Below, one piece after another: positions 9,494 through 19,986 of a stretch of DNA of 64,000 bases; positions within the stretch are counted from its first letter, which is position 1; each line of letters starts with the position of its first letter. The stretch lies in the NCBI GenBank assembly GCA_041697335.1, contig JBGUGD010000001.1, positions 79,598 to 143,597 on the forward strand. Direction: 5' to 3'. The notes below the pieces were generated by a model. The model was not told the DNA's origin. It saw nothing but the letters and a program-made list of their open reading frames with translations, and searched no databases. Source of the DNA: Vampirovibrionaceae bacterium NZW_1234. GTDB lineage: Bacteria > Cyanobacteriota > Vampirovibrionia > Vampirovibrionales > JAGQHJ01. The position numbers and the translations under genes were made by a program.

Positions 9494-10177
9494 TCAGGCG
9501 CCGAAAATTCGGTTGCCTATTCTAATTATTGTAGCACCACATTTCAAAGCGTGAACAAAATCTTGACTCATTCCCATAGAAAGTTCCGGAAGCCGGATCG
9601 AGTAGGTTTGTTCCAAGTGGTCTCGAATGTTTGCCAGATGTGTGAAGACATGAATGCTGGCTGCTGCATCCATTGTGTGTGGCCCCATTGTCATGAGGCC
9701 TTGGATTTCAATGCCGGATAAATTCATGAGTTTGGGGAATTCTTCGAGCAAGGACTCTCTTGAGAAGCCGGTCTTTTGTGGCTCTTGTGTCAGGTTTACC
9801 TGTAATAGTACGGGTTGTCGAGAACCGTATTTCTCATTGGCTTCTGATAGCATCAAGGCCAAGGTGAGCGAATCCATGGAGTGAATCAGGTGAATTTGAT
9901 GCGTCCGGATTTTTTTGATTTTGTTTCGTTGCACGTGTCCTAAAAAATGCCATCGACTGTTTTGGGCAACTGTGGGTGGAAGTGCGGAAAGTTTCGCTTC
10001 AAAATCCTGGACTTTATTTTCGCCAAAATCTCGGATACCAGCCTCATAGGCTTCACAAATCTGATCAAGAGTCGCGTACTTGCTCACGGCAACCAGGCGA
10101 ACATTTTGTCCGCCGGAACGGTGCTGGTCCAGTATGGTTTGTAGTTCCTGAATGCGTTGGGTAACCGTGCTCATTTT
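9494..10177 (-). CDS. yggS: YggS-family pyridoxal-phosphate homeostasis protein (PLPHP, alanine-racemase-fold)
   Basis: VRLVAVSKYATLDQICEAYEAGIRDFGENKVQ...SMGMSQDF are typical YggS motifs; likely start at MSTVTQ (10177), not the upstream ORF-track start. Confidence 0.8.
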   Translation of the reverse strand, partial: KMSTVTQRIQELQTILDQHRSGGQNVRLVAVSKYATLDQICEAYEAGIRDFGENKVQDFEAKLSALPPTVAQNSRWHFLGHVQRNKIKKIRTHQIHLIHSMDSLTLALMLSEANEKYGSRQPVLLQVNLTQEPQKTGFSRESLLEEFPKLMNLSGIEIQGLMTMGPHTMDAAASIHVFTHLANIRDHLEQTYSIRLPELSMGMSQDFVHALKCGATIIRIGNRIFGA

Positions 10178-10187
10178 GAAGGGGGAA

Positions 10188-10508
10188 TTACAAGGTAGGG
10201 AGCACAGATGATTTTTTAACCAGAAGCAGAACAAACATCACAGCACTCAAGGTCAGCATCAGACCCGAAGGCATAAACGCATGGGTTTTCAGCAAGCGCA
10301 TCACAAAGACGATGGTTAAAATCCCAGAAAGCCCTAGTAAACCATAATAGCCGAACATTTTGCCTTTTAACAGGGCAAAGGCACTGAGCAATATGAGGAG
10401 GCCGGATACACTGCCACTGATCAACGATGCCGTACTGCCTTTCGTTAAGTAGCCGATAACCCCACCAATCAGGGTTAGAATGCCATAAGCAAAAGCAATG
10501 TAAACCAT
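10188..10508 (-). CDS. small 4-TM membrane protein (TMEM14/UPF0136-like)
   Basis: GGVIGYLTKGSTASLISG... glycine-rich TM pattern. Confidence 0.4.
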   Translation of the reverse strand: MVYIAFAYGILTLIGGVIGYLTKGSTASLISGSVSGLLILLSAFALLKGKMFGYYGLLGLSGILTIVFVMRLLKTHAFMPSGLMLTLSAVMFVLLLVKKSSVLPTL

Positions 10509-10621
10509 CGGATTGTCCTTTCTATTGAGACCCTTGTGACTGTTCAGTATAATGCCAAGGAGTCCTTAATAATGAGGATAGCAAAAAGGTCCTGCATGAC
10601 AAAGGAGGCTTTGGCCCTAGG

Positions 10622-11854
10622 ATGCAAGTTGATAAACGCGTGTTTTGGATTATCTTTTTTGTGGTTTTTATTGATCTCATTGGCTTTGGTATTGTGTTTC
10701 CCCTACTCCCTCTGTATACCCGGCACTTTCAGCTCAATGGGTTTCAGATTGGCTTAATTCTGGGGATCTATTCTTTAATGCAGTTTATCTTTGCTCCCAT
10801 TCTGGGGCGATGGTCTGATCGGATTGGACGGCGACCTGTTCTGCTGATTTCCTTGTTAGGTACAGCGGCTTCTTTTTTCCTCCTGGCGTGGGCGAATAGT
10901 TTTTGGTTGTTCTTTTTGGCTCGTGCGCTGGATGGGATTGCCGGAAGTAACCTGTCGACAGCTCAGGCCTATATTGCAGACATTTCTCCCAAGGAACAGA
11001 GAACTCGCAACATGGGCATGTGGATTGGAGCGGCATTTGGATTAGGGTTCGCATTTGGTCCATTTTTTGGCGGTGCCTTGCATTGGATTGGCTTGCATCT
11101 GGTTCCTTCGTTTGCCTTAGGCTTCCCGTTCTTCGTGGCGGGGATTATTACGTTGCTGAATGCATTAATGGCCTTCTTCCTCTTGCCGGAGTCGTTAAAA
11201 GTCCGAGATTCGGAGCACTTGATTGGGCGTCGTACGTTTTCCTGGTTTACTATTCAAGGGCGCTTGTCAGGTGCGGTGGGTGGGCTTATTGTAACCTATG
11301 CCAGCGTTATTTTTGCCTTTGCCTTAATGGAGGCCACCTACACATGGTTGTCTAAAGATCGGTATGGTTTAACGCCGGCTCAGATTTATGCCATGTTTGG
11401 CTACCTGGGTATCGTGATGGCCTTTGTTCAAGGTGGACTAGTCCGCCGTTTGGCACCCCGTTTGGGGGACAAAAACCTGGCCCTGCTCGGTGGGTTTTTA
11501 TTGATGATCGGTTTGGCTTCATTGCCTTTTGGTTCCTCTTTACCGTGGTTGATGGTGGCTTCGGGGTTAATGGCGGCTGGTGAAGGCTTTTCCAATACGG
11601 CCTTGATGGCCAGTATTTCGAAAGGATCTCACGAGACCATTCAAGGGGAAACAATGGGGGTTACTCAATCTCTGGCCAGTTTGTCCCGCTTTGGTGGTCC
11701 CGTTCTTGCTGGGTATTTATACCAGCACTACGGTGCGACCTCGCCTTACGTAACCGGGGCTGTCGTTGTTTTGGTCTCTCTGGGGCTTTGTGTCATGGGT
11801 TTTAAACGTCTGGTTGTTCTGGATGACTCTCCAACTAAAGCCTTATCCACATAA
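10622..11854 (+). CDS. MFS transporter (drug:H+ antiporter-like, 12 TM)
   Basis: FLVAFIDLIGFGIVFPLLP...GRWSDRIGRRPVLL are MFS signature motifs. Confidence 0.8.
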   Translation: MQVDKRVFWIIFFVVFIDLIGFGIVFPLLPLYTRHFQLNGFQIGLILGIYSLMQFIFAPILGRWSDRIGRRPVLLISLLGTAASFFLLAWANSFWLFFLARALDGIAGSNLSTAQAYIADISPKEQRTRNMGMWIGAAFGLGFAFGPFFGGALHWIGLHLVPSFALGFPFFVAGIITLLNALMAFFLLPESLKVRDSEHLIGRRTFSWFTIQGRLSGAVGGLIVTYASVIFAFALMEATYTWLSKDRYGLTPAQIYAMFGYLGIVMAFVQGGLVRRLAPRLGDKNLALLGGFLLMIGLASLPFGSSLPWLMVASGLMAAGEGFSNTALMASISKGSHETIQGETMGVTQSLASLSRFGGPVLAGYLYQHYGATSPYVTGAVVVLVSLGLCVMGFKRLVVLDDSPTKALST

Positions 11855-12043
11855 CGAGGTCGATACCAGTCTGAGTGTATCAATGCCCTCTTTGTTCAAC
11901 ATCTTGTTGATGCGAGGAGGGCATTTTGCATTGTTGCCTTACCTCTGACGTCGACTTTGAGTAGGATGTGTTCTGTGGCTTAGCGCTAGGGGCAGAGTAT
12001 TCATCTTGAGAATTGAGATTAATGTGGAGCTTTGTGCGAGAAA

Positions 12044-12078
12044 CGGCAAAAAGCCCCCTCTCTTTCGAGAGGGGGCTT
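12044..12078. terminator. bidirectional intrinsic terminator between the MFS gene (+) and the KA-rich protein gene (-)
   Basis: aaagccccctctc-tttc-gagagggggctttt perfect 10-bp GC stem flanked by A and T runs. Confidence 0.65.
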
Positions 12079-12102
12079 TTCAAAGGTGTAGGACAATGTG
12101 GC

Positions 12103-12918
12103 CTAGGGTTTGTAGAGTTTGTAGGGGCGGCCAATTGCATCTTTAATTTGATCGTATTTTAACGGGGACTCGCTCAGCAATTTGCTGACACCGGTGGTGA
12201 TGGAGCTTTCGTTCAAGTCCTTATGTTTATTCATAATCCACTCGGTAACGTCTTTGCTCCGGAAAGGCTTGCCTGCTTTTACCAATGCATCAATCCCTTC
12301 CTGAATCAAAGGGGTCAATTTACTGGGCTGACGACCTGTACTGGCGGTCTTTTTCACGGCGCTGGCAGAAACTTTTTTGGTTGCTCCTGCTTTGGTTACC
12401 GGCTTTTTAACAGCAGGTTTACTGGCTGCGGGTTTTTTGGCTGCTGTTTTAGTGGCTTTAACTGCTTTTACGGCTTTGGCAGGTTTTGTGTTTTTAGCCG
12501 GTTTGGCAGATTTAGCAGGTTTAGCTGCTTTTACAACAGGCTTTTTCGGTGTTGCTTTTTTCGTAGCGGTTTTAGCAACGGCTTTTTTTGCAGTTGCTTT
12601 AGTCACGGGTTTCTTTGCAGCAGTTTTTTTGGTCACGGTTTTTTTGGCAGCAGCTTTAGCAACCGGTTTTTTTGCTGCAGGCTTTTTGGCAGCCGTTTTT
12701 TTAGTAGCAGACTTGGGGGTAGTTGTTTTCTTGGTGGAAGCTTTCTTAGCCGGGGTGGCTACAGCAGCCGATGCTTTTCGGGTCGTTGTGGTGGATGCTT
12801 TTTCTGAAGCACCAGTTTGTTTGCGAGCTTTGGAGAGAGCTTGTTCCAATCGGACGTTTTCTAGAAAACGAGCTAATTCTTCATCCGTATCGCACGTCAC
12901 GGAAAATGTAATGGGCAT
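12103..12918 (-). CDS. histone H1-like / AlgP-like lysine-alanine repeat DNA-binding protein with distinct N- and C-terminal domains
   Basis: About 150-aa run of AKKP/AKKT-type repeats between a 45-aa N-domain and a 75-aa non-repetitive C-domain. Confidence 0.6.
   Translation of the reverse strand: MPITFSVTCDTDEELARFLENVRLEQALSKARKQTGASEKASTTTTRKASAAVATPAKKASTKKTTTPKSATKKTAAKKPAAKKPVAKAAAKKTVTKKTAAKKPVTKATAKKAVAKTATKKATPKKPVVKAAKPAKSAKPAKNTKPAKAVKAVKATKTAAKKPAASKPAVKKPVTKAGATKKVSASAVKKTASTGRQPSKLTPLIQEGIDALVKAGKPFRSKDVTEWIMNKHKDLNESSITTGVSKLLSESPLKYDQIKDAIGRPYKLYKP
12377..12760. repeat. imperfect tandem coding repeats (about 24-30 bp units) encoding the KA-rich segment
   Basis: Repeated gcagc(a/g)gttttt(t)(a/g)g... 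units seen directly in the sequence. Confidence 0.6.
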
Positions 12919-13670
12919 TCGGGAATACTCCTTTCACTCAAGTTCGTTGAGGTTTTTAATCCAAGTTATCCATATTACGTTAGAAATAACATATTTAGAA
13001 AAAATTGAAAAGCCCTACTATGATTAAATTGGAAATGTTGGGGGACGAGGATTGAAATTGTGTCTCGTTGAATTTCGGCTGTTTGGTCCTCCAGGAATTC
13101 GTTTGGCGGCGATCAACGCAACAGAATGTTCCGTTTAATATTAGTTTGTCAGATTCGTTAGAAACACATCCCTTGAATGTAGGAGTCCTGTAAATTGCAA
13201 AGGCAAATTTGAGATCTGCCGACTTGGACCAAGATGTGTTTAGCGGAGTTATCGGTTTGCACTAGAATGGGCATTTGTGTTTCTTATGACTCACAAGGAT
13301 GCTAAGTCCTTGTCTTACAAGGCTTTTTTTCAAGATGAGTTAACTGGATAATGGTCTTGAAGTTTTCTGCAGGCTATCCATTGATGTTTTTGCCTGCGCT
13401 ATTTTGCGCGATAAATTGGGGTTCCACTTTTTTGTTGGTGAGAAATTTTTTGGTTTCAAAAATAAGTCAGATGGGTTAGTTTTTGCCACTCCCGGAGGCC
13501 ATTTTGTCCTCATATCTGGAAAACCGTGGTATTGCCTTCCAGCCTATATTCGGGTTTAAATGCAGATCTGTAACAGATGAACTCAATCCGGTTATGTTGG
13601 TCATCTTAGTGTCTTCTCTGGAAATTGCCGGACACGAGCTCTGATAAGTGGTTGAAAGGATAGAGAATCA

Positions 13671-14423
13671 ATGGACATTCAAACTCGTTGGGAAACGATT
13701 GATGTAGCAGGAAACGCCATGAATGCCTTTATTGCATCCCCGGCCGATGGTGGCTCCTATCCCGGTGTTTTGGTTTTCATGGAAATCTTTGGCGTAAATG
13801 AGCATATTCAGGATGTAACCCAACGGATTGCCAAAGAAGGCTATGTGGCCATGGCCATTGATTATTATCACCGCGTCGCACCAGGGATTCAGCTTGGCTA
13901 TTCGCAAGCCGATATAGAAGAAGGGCGCAAATATAAGGATATGATCAGTCAGGCAGATATGGAGGCCGATGCCCGTGCTGCCATTGACTATTTGAAGGAA
14001 CTTCCCAATGTCAGCTCCAAAGATCGGGTTGGAACCGTTGGATTTTGCTTTGGAGGATATGTCGCTTACGTGGTTGCAACATTGCCTGAAGTTGCTGTTA
14101 CGGCTTCGTTTTATGGTGCCGGGATTGCGCAGGATATGCCCGGAAAGGAAGAACCGCCTGTTGATAAGTCCGGTGAAATTGAGGGTTATATGCTCTGCTT
14201 GTTTGGTGAGAAAGACGCCTCAATTCCGCAGGAAGATATTCAAATGATTGAGAGTTCTCTTGAGCGTGGTCGGGTGAGTCATAAAATCATTGTTTACCCG
14301 GATGCCGATCATGGGTTCTTCTGTGATAAACGCGGCAGTTATCATCCCGAGTCTGCCCTGGATGCATGGTCTGAATTATTACAAGCGTTTCAATCTCAGC
14401 TTAAAGGAGCTGCGGTCCGTTAA
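13671..14423 (+). CDS. dienelactone hydrolase family protein
   Basis: DLH-type alpha/beta hydrolase: PGVLVFMEIFGVNEHIQD...GFCFGG...DHGF. Confidence 0.75.
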   Translation: MDIQTRWETIDVAGNAMNAFIASPADGGSYPGVLVFMEIFGVNEHIQDVTQRIAKEGYVAMAIDYYHRVAPGIQLGYSQADIEEGRKYKDMISQADMEADARAAIDYLKELPNVSSKDRVGTVGFCFGGYVAYVVATLPEVAVTASFYGAGIAQDMPGKEEPPVDKSGEIEGYMLCLFGEKDASIPQEDIQMIESSLERGRVSHKIIVYPDADHGFFCDKRGSYHPESALDAWSELLQAFQSQLKGAAVR

Positions 14424-14453
14424 ATTTAGAAACGGCCTGGTTTCTATTAGACC

Positions 14454-16532
14454 TTAAACACCCTCTTTTGCCCGGATGGCGGAAGGGGGTGTTTGCATGG
14501 TGGGAGAGGCTGCAATTTTTTGAATGGCAGGTAAGGAGACATAAAATCGGGTTTCTTTGTCCGGCTCACTTTCGGCCCAAATTTTACCGCCATGTAATTC
14601 GACAATCCGTTTGGCGATGTAGAGACCCAGGCCCGAGCCAATTTGTTTGAACTTTCGGGAAAGCGAGTAATATTTGTCAAAAATATGTGGAAGCTCTTGC
14701 GGTCCGATGCCTTTACCCAGATTGCTGATGCAGACTGTTACGGCCTCCTCCTGATCGGCTTGGTGGATATAGAGATGAAGGGTGCTTTGACGTAATGCGT
14801 AGTTCAGGGCATTGGATAAAATGTTATGAAATACCCGCTTCATCTGAATCGGGTCAACAGAGACCTCGGGCAGGTTCAAGGCGGCATGAAATTCCAGCGA
14901 GAGCTGGCGCTTCTCAAGCAAGGGCTGAAGGGAGTCAATCACGTCTTTTAAGAGCAGTTGCAGGTTCATGGGCTGTTTGTACATGGCAAGGTGAGACGAC
15001 TCCAGCTTATAAAAGAGGAGCGTTGCATTGACCATGTCCAGCAGATCTTTCACACTGTCGCTGGCACCCATCAAGAGTTTTTGCTGGTCAGAAGTAATGG
15101 TTCCCGCCTTGCCATTGATCAACGAACTTAAGACCAACTCCTGGGCCAGCAGTGGTGTTTTCAGATCATGGGTCAATGTTGCAATGTGGCTTTCCTTTAC
15201 CCGCTCCAGTTCTTTGCGAGTGGAAATATCGCCCAGAACACAAATAAATCCGCGTTGCTCCTGAACACCATCTCGCTCGGCCTTATCGGCCTTGAGCCGG
15301 GAGGCATTGAGACGCAAGGTTCGATTAATGCCGCTCTGATTGTGTGTGATCTCGGTTTCCAGAGACTCGGGCAATTCTCCCTCGAACTGATCGCTGGTGC
15401 ATAACAAGAAGGACAATTCTCGGCATTTTGCCATGTGAGGGCATTGACAGGAGAAGAGATCGAAGAAGGTTTTCTTCGAAAGGGCTTCGGCACTCAAGCC
15501 ACTCCATTCTTTAATAGGCGGGTTTGTCAGTTGTAATTCCAGGTTGTCTCCTAACATTAAAATTCCGTCGGGAGAGGCATGGAACATGGTTTCAAATTGG
15601 TGTTGGGCTTCACTGAGATTGCGTTTATACCGCTTGGCTCCGTTGATGAGCATTTGGGTCAGAATCAGAATCAGGAGGCCACCAAACCAGAGGGCCAATC
15701 GCTGGTTCAGGAGTAAGTCGCGAAGCCCGTGTCTGGGTTCAACGGTAAGATGCCAAGGCTGGTTTGTAACCAAAAAAGTTAATTGGGCTGCCGGCTTTTG
15801 TTTTTCACGAACACTTGGGGCAGTTTTTTGAAGTACGCGTCCCGCAGGATCGGACAGGTGAATGGTACGCTGGTTTGCCATGCTTTCTTTTTGCAGAGGA
15901 TTCCACAGCACTTGCATCGCAATGTCACCGACAGCATAACCGATAAATTCCGAGTTGTTTCGGTAAATGGGGATGATGGCCAGCACACTGTCCTCATCGC
16001 CCATGAAATTGAGAAGGCCGGATGTGAAAGGTTGGCGGGTCTGTCTAGCTTGACTGAACAGGGACGCGTAGACAGGTGCTTTATCAAGGTGTGTGTTCAC
16101 CAGTTGGGCATTCTTGGGGGTATAGGGATAGATGCGGGTCAGGGTTAAGTTCGGGCTGACATAAAACAGCCGTCGGAACCCATGCAGGTTGGCAGTAATC
16201 GATTGCCCATACTGTTGAAAATCATACTGGCTGATGTCCACGAAATTCTGATAAATGACGTTCAAGGCAATCAGTGCGGTTACATGCGCTTCCATGGAAG
16301 ATTGCAGGCGGGACTGAAAATGCTGAGCCACGAGGCTGTGTTGGTACTTCTCTTCCCGCTGGGTATTTTGGACCAGAAGCAGGTCGATACCGCCCAGGAG
16401 GAGAAAACCGCTGAGCCAAACCACGAGAACTCCTCGGTTTCGAGAGAGGTTCTTGACGATAGGCTTGGTCAGGAACTGGTTTGATCGGATTGCTTTTATT
16501 GTTGCTATCGTACGTTCAATGGCATTGGGCAT
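14454..16532 (-). CDS. sensor histidine kinase (2 TM, extracytoplasmic sensor domain, PAS, HisKA, HATPase_c)
   Basis: THDLKTPL H-box; C-terminal GSGLGLYIAKRIVELHGGKIWAES G-box; two hydrophobic segments flanking an approximately 250-aa sensor region. Confidence 0.8.
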   Translation of the reverse strand: MPNAIERTIATIKAIRSNQFLTKPIVKNLSRNRGVLVVWLSGFLLLGGIDLLLVQNTQREEKYQHSLVAQHFQSRLQSSMEAHVTALIALNVIYQNFVDISQYDFQQYGQSITANLHGFRRLFYVSPNLTLTRIYPYTPKNAQLVNTHLDKAPVYASLFSQARQTRQPFTSGLLNFMGDEDSVLAIIPIYRNNSEFIGYAVGDIAMQVLWNPLQKESMANQRTIHLSDPAGRVLQKTAPSVREKQKPAAQLTFLVTNQPWHLTVEPRHGLRDLLLNQRLALWFGGLLILILTQMLINGAKRYKRNLSEAQHQFETMFHASPDGILMLGDNLELQLTNPPIKEWSGLSAEALSKKTFFDLFSCQCPHMAKCRELSFLLCTSDQFEGELPESLETEITHNQSGINRTLRLNASRLKADKAERDGVQEQRGFICVLGDISTRKELERVKESHIATLTHDLKTPLLAQELVLSSLINGKAGTITSDQQKLLMGASDSVKDLLDMVNATLLFYKLESSHLAMYKQPMNLQLLLKDVIDSLQPLLEKRQLSLEFHAALNLPEVSVDPIQMKRVFHNILSNALNYALRQSTLHLYIHQADQEEAVTVCISNLGKGIGPQELPHIFDKYYSLSRKFKQIGSGLGLYIAKRIVELHGGKIWAESEPDKETRFYVSLPAIQKIAASPTMQTPPSAIRAKEGV

Positions 16533-16647
16533 GACGTTGGTTTGAACTCCAGTGAACCCTCAGATAGTTCATTATGGCGCATTCAAGAAGCGTCAACAAC
16601 GAAAATCGAAGATATTTGAATCTGAATCCGTCACGGTCTGGATTGGC

Positions 16648-17730
<1,083 letters not shown>

Positions 17731-18048
17731 TTATCGTCCGACTTCCAGGACGACATCGCCATGGATGCGACATTGACAGGATAAACGGTCATTGGGGTCG
17801 AGGTAGAAGACGGCTTCCTCAACAACGGTTTTGGGGCATATGTTTTCCATCCCCTGAAGGACGGTAACCACACAACTGCAACAGGCTCCGTTGCCGCCAC
17901 AGCGATCATGGACATTGATGTCCAGTAGATGTGCCGCCTCTCGCAGCGTGGTTTCACCGTCAATTTCAATTTCCAGGTTTTGGGGTGTAAAACGGACTTT
18001 GGGCATGAGTCTAATGGTTTGTTGCTCTGTAAATATCGTGCTTTTCAT
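17731..18048 (-). CDS. 2Fe-2S ferredoxin
   Basis: CGGNGACCSC...C.C cysteine pattern of the 2Fe-2S ferredoxin fold; start assumed at MKSTIF. Confidence 0.6.
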   Translation of the reverse strand: MKSTIFTEQQTIRLMPKVRFTPQNLEIEIDGETTLREAAHLLDINVHDRCGGNGACCSCVVTVLQGMENICPKTVVEEAVFYLDPNDRLSCQCRIHGDVVLEVGR

Positions 18049-18151
18049 TGTATCGGATCGCCGCCTTTGGGACAAAAAGAAAAAACCGAAGGGGTGACCT
18101 TCGGTAGGGTAATGTGTGTGTGTTGTCAGACATGGGGTTTGTGGGAAACTT

Positions 18152-18550
18152 TTAAAAAGCGGATTCGTAGAAGGTGATAACAGGCGGTTGACCATTGTTC
18201 TGGTGAACAACCGTAATCACGTCAAACGACACTTGATTGTATTGAAAATCTGGCTGCGTAGCGAGGTACGCTTCTGCTAAAATCCTGATTTTCTCTTGCT
18301 TTACTGGCGTTATTGCCTCATGTGCTTCTCCATACTTCGTATTTCGACGTGTCTTCACTTCTACAAATTTAAGGGTTAACGTTTTCGGGGAATACGCAAT
18401 GATATCTATTTCGCCAAACTGACCGTATCTCCAATTACACTGAAGGATTTCGAACCCAGCTTGTTCTAGGAATACCCTTGCGAGGGATTCACCGTGTTGA
18501 CCTAATTGACGAGACTTCACTCTGGCCTTAACAACACAAACACTACAATG
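18152..18550 (-). CDS. yraN: YraN-family (UPF0102) endonuclease-like protein
   Basis: GESLARVFLEQAGFEILQCNWRYGQFGEIDIIAYSP...FVEVKTR is the YraN signature; N-terminal extent uncertain. Confidence 0.65.
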   Translation of the reverse strand, partial: HCSVCVVKARVKSRQLGQHGESLARVFLEQAGFEILQCNWRYGQFGEIDIIAYSPKTLTLKFVEVKTRRNTKYGEAHEAITPVKQEKIRILAEAYLATQPDFQYNQVSFDVITVVHQNNGQPPVITFYESAF

Positions 18551-18563
18551 GTTATTGTAACGT

Positions 18564-18896
18564 TTAAGCGTTAAAGGTTTTGAACGAAGAGTCAATGTTT
18601 TTGTTGATAACCTTTTGAACCGCTTCAATCTCTGTCTGAACTGCCTGACGTTGGGTGTCCACACGACGTAAGTTCATTTCGAGAGCCTTATCCAGCGTCT
18701 GAATCGCTGCAATTCTCGCTTGGATAGCGATAGCCGCAGGGGATTCAGGTTCAAGGTTAGCACTAATCGTAAACAGAGCGCCAGTGACGTTGGCCAGGGA
18801 CATACGAGCTTGGTTAATGAACTGCCCCTGCAATTCCAAGTCACTCTTACGAGCTGTTAGGATTAGATATCTGGCTTGACTTGCTGCAAAACCCAC
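18564..18896 (-). CDS. hypothetical coiled-coil protein (110 aa)
   Basis: ORF in an apparent operon with yraN-fdx-add; no recognised domain. Confidence 0.4.
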   Translation of the reverse strand: MGFAASQARYLILTARKSDLELQGQFINQARMSLANVTGALFTISANLEPESPAAIAIQARIAAIQTLDKALEMNLRRVDTQRQAVQTEIEAVQKVINKNIDSSFKTFNA

Positions 18897-19314
18897 TTCT
18901 CTATTCTCCTATTTATTCTTCTCGAATGAGTTACAAGTGACTTACATAATATATATAAAACATTCAAAATAACCGGATTGCTCAAAACGGTCCAAATTGA
19001 TCTCAAACTGTAATAATTCTTAAAAAACAATCAAAAGATAAGGGAAACTTAATGATTTCCCGGGCAATATCCGTGTTGCGGCCTTATACGGCTGCCATTT
19101 GAGCCCTTTTCGAAGGGCGAAAATCCGGGTTTTGGGACAGAATATTATCTTTTCATTAGGATTTCTAAAGGATAGATCGATGACCTTACCCCCTCAAGGA
19201 CGAGTCCGGTAAGTTGAGCCATCCCGAATCAATCCCTGTGGATGGGGCTTGTAGCAAGGGAATTTGGCTTCCTTGAAAGGAAGGTGTGCCTAACAGCCAA
19301 GCAAAAGGGACTGG

Positions 19315-19632
19315 TTAAATGATTTGTGTCCCATCCGGCACGCCGTGATCGCCAAAGCTAAGCCGGATAACGCTTAATATGCTTTCTATTAGCTCTTCCT
19401 GACTTTGGAACTCTTCTTGCGGACTGTCATGAAGAATGTCAGCCAAAACCATGGACTCTGTCTGGGACCATTGGATTTCCAGCGGCCCGATATGTCTCAT
19501 CAATTCAGGCTTGCGGGCCGGGAAGCGAACTTGGGCCAAGGCGTCGTTTAAGCTATCCAGATTGCTGGTAAGGTTTGGCTCAGCCGTATCGGGTTGAGTT
19601 AATTTGGGTTCGTCTTGTTTTGACTTGGCCAT
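19315..19632 (-). CDS. DUF2795-like small protein
   Basis: VRFPARKPELMRHI and an acidic C-terminus resemble the DUF2795 family. Confidence 0.4.
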   Translation of the reverse strand: MAKSKQDEPKLTQPDTAEPNLTSNLDSLNDALAQVRFPARKPELMRHIGPLEIQWSQTESMVLADILHDSPQEEFQSQEELIESILSVIRLSFGDHGVPDGTQII

Positions 19633-19810
19633 GGTGTCTCCCCCCTGTTTTGAGCACTTCGCTGTCCAGACTGTCTCTCTCGGACGTTCTGGTCTTTGAT
19701 TACTTTACCCTACCTGGCGGGGGTGGGTGTATTCACTGAAAGACGGATCACCCCGGAGGGTTCTTTTTCCTATTCTTTTCTATATAGGATGGCGGCGATG
19801 TCCCGACACG

Positions 19811-19843
19811 AAAAAAATCCCTGTGATGTTGCCGTCACAGGGA
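19811..19843 (-). terminator. intrinsic terminator of repeat unit 0 (3' end of the small-ORF transcript)
   Basis: Minus-strand tccctgtga-N8-tcacaggga hairpin followed by U7. Confidence 0.7.
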
Positions 19844-19859
19844 TAGGGATTTTTCCCTA

Positions 19860-19890
19860 CAATCGTACATTGGCTATGGGTTAAGTTAAA
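19860..19890 (-). ncRNA. conserved about 30-nt core element, copy 0 (3'-UTR position of the small ORF)
   Basis: caatcgtacattggctatgg(g/a)t(t/a)a(g)... is shared by three loci, always immediately 5' of a terminator on the minus strand. Confidence 0.5.
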
Positions 19891-19986
19891 GCGAAAATGA
19901 GTAGTAACTGCTACTTAGCCCCAAGATTGCAGGGAAACAACATAGCTCGTGTATTGCCGCCCCAAAGTAGGGGGCGGGTTTCGGTT

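Noticed and set aside
10509-10621. Fluoride (crcB) riboswitch upstream of the yggS-sepF-crcB operon
   Set aside because: No match to the conserved crcB-motif core was visible by eye.
12223-13027. Plus-strand Phe/Cys/Gly-rich ORFs opposite the KA-rich gene
   Set aside because: These are antisense frames of a GC-skewed repeat region; the minus-strand product has recognisable histone-like repeats and terminator context.
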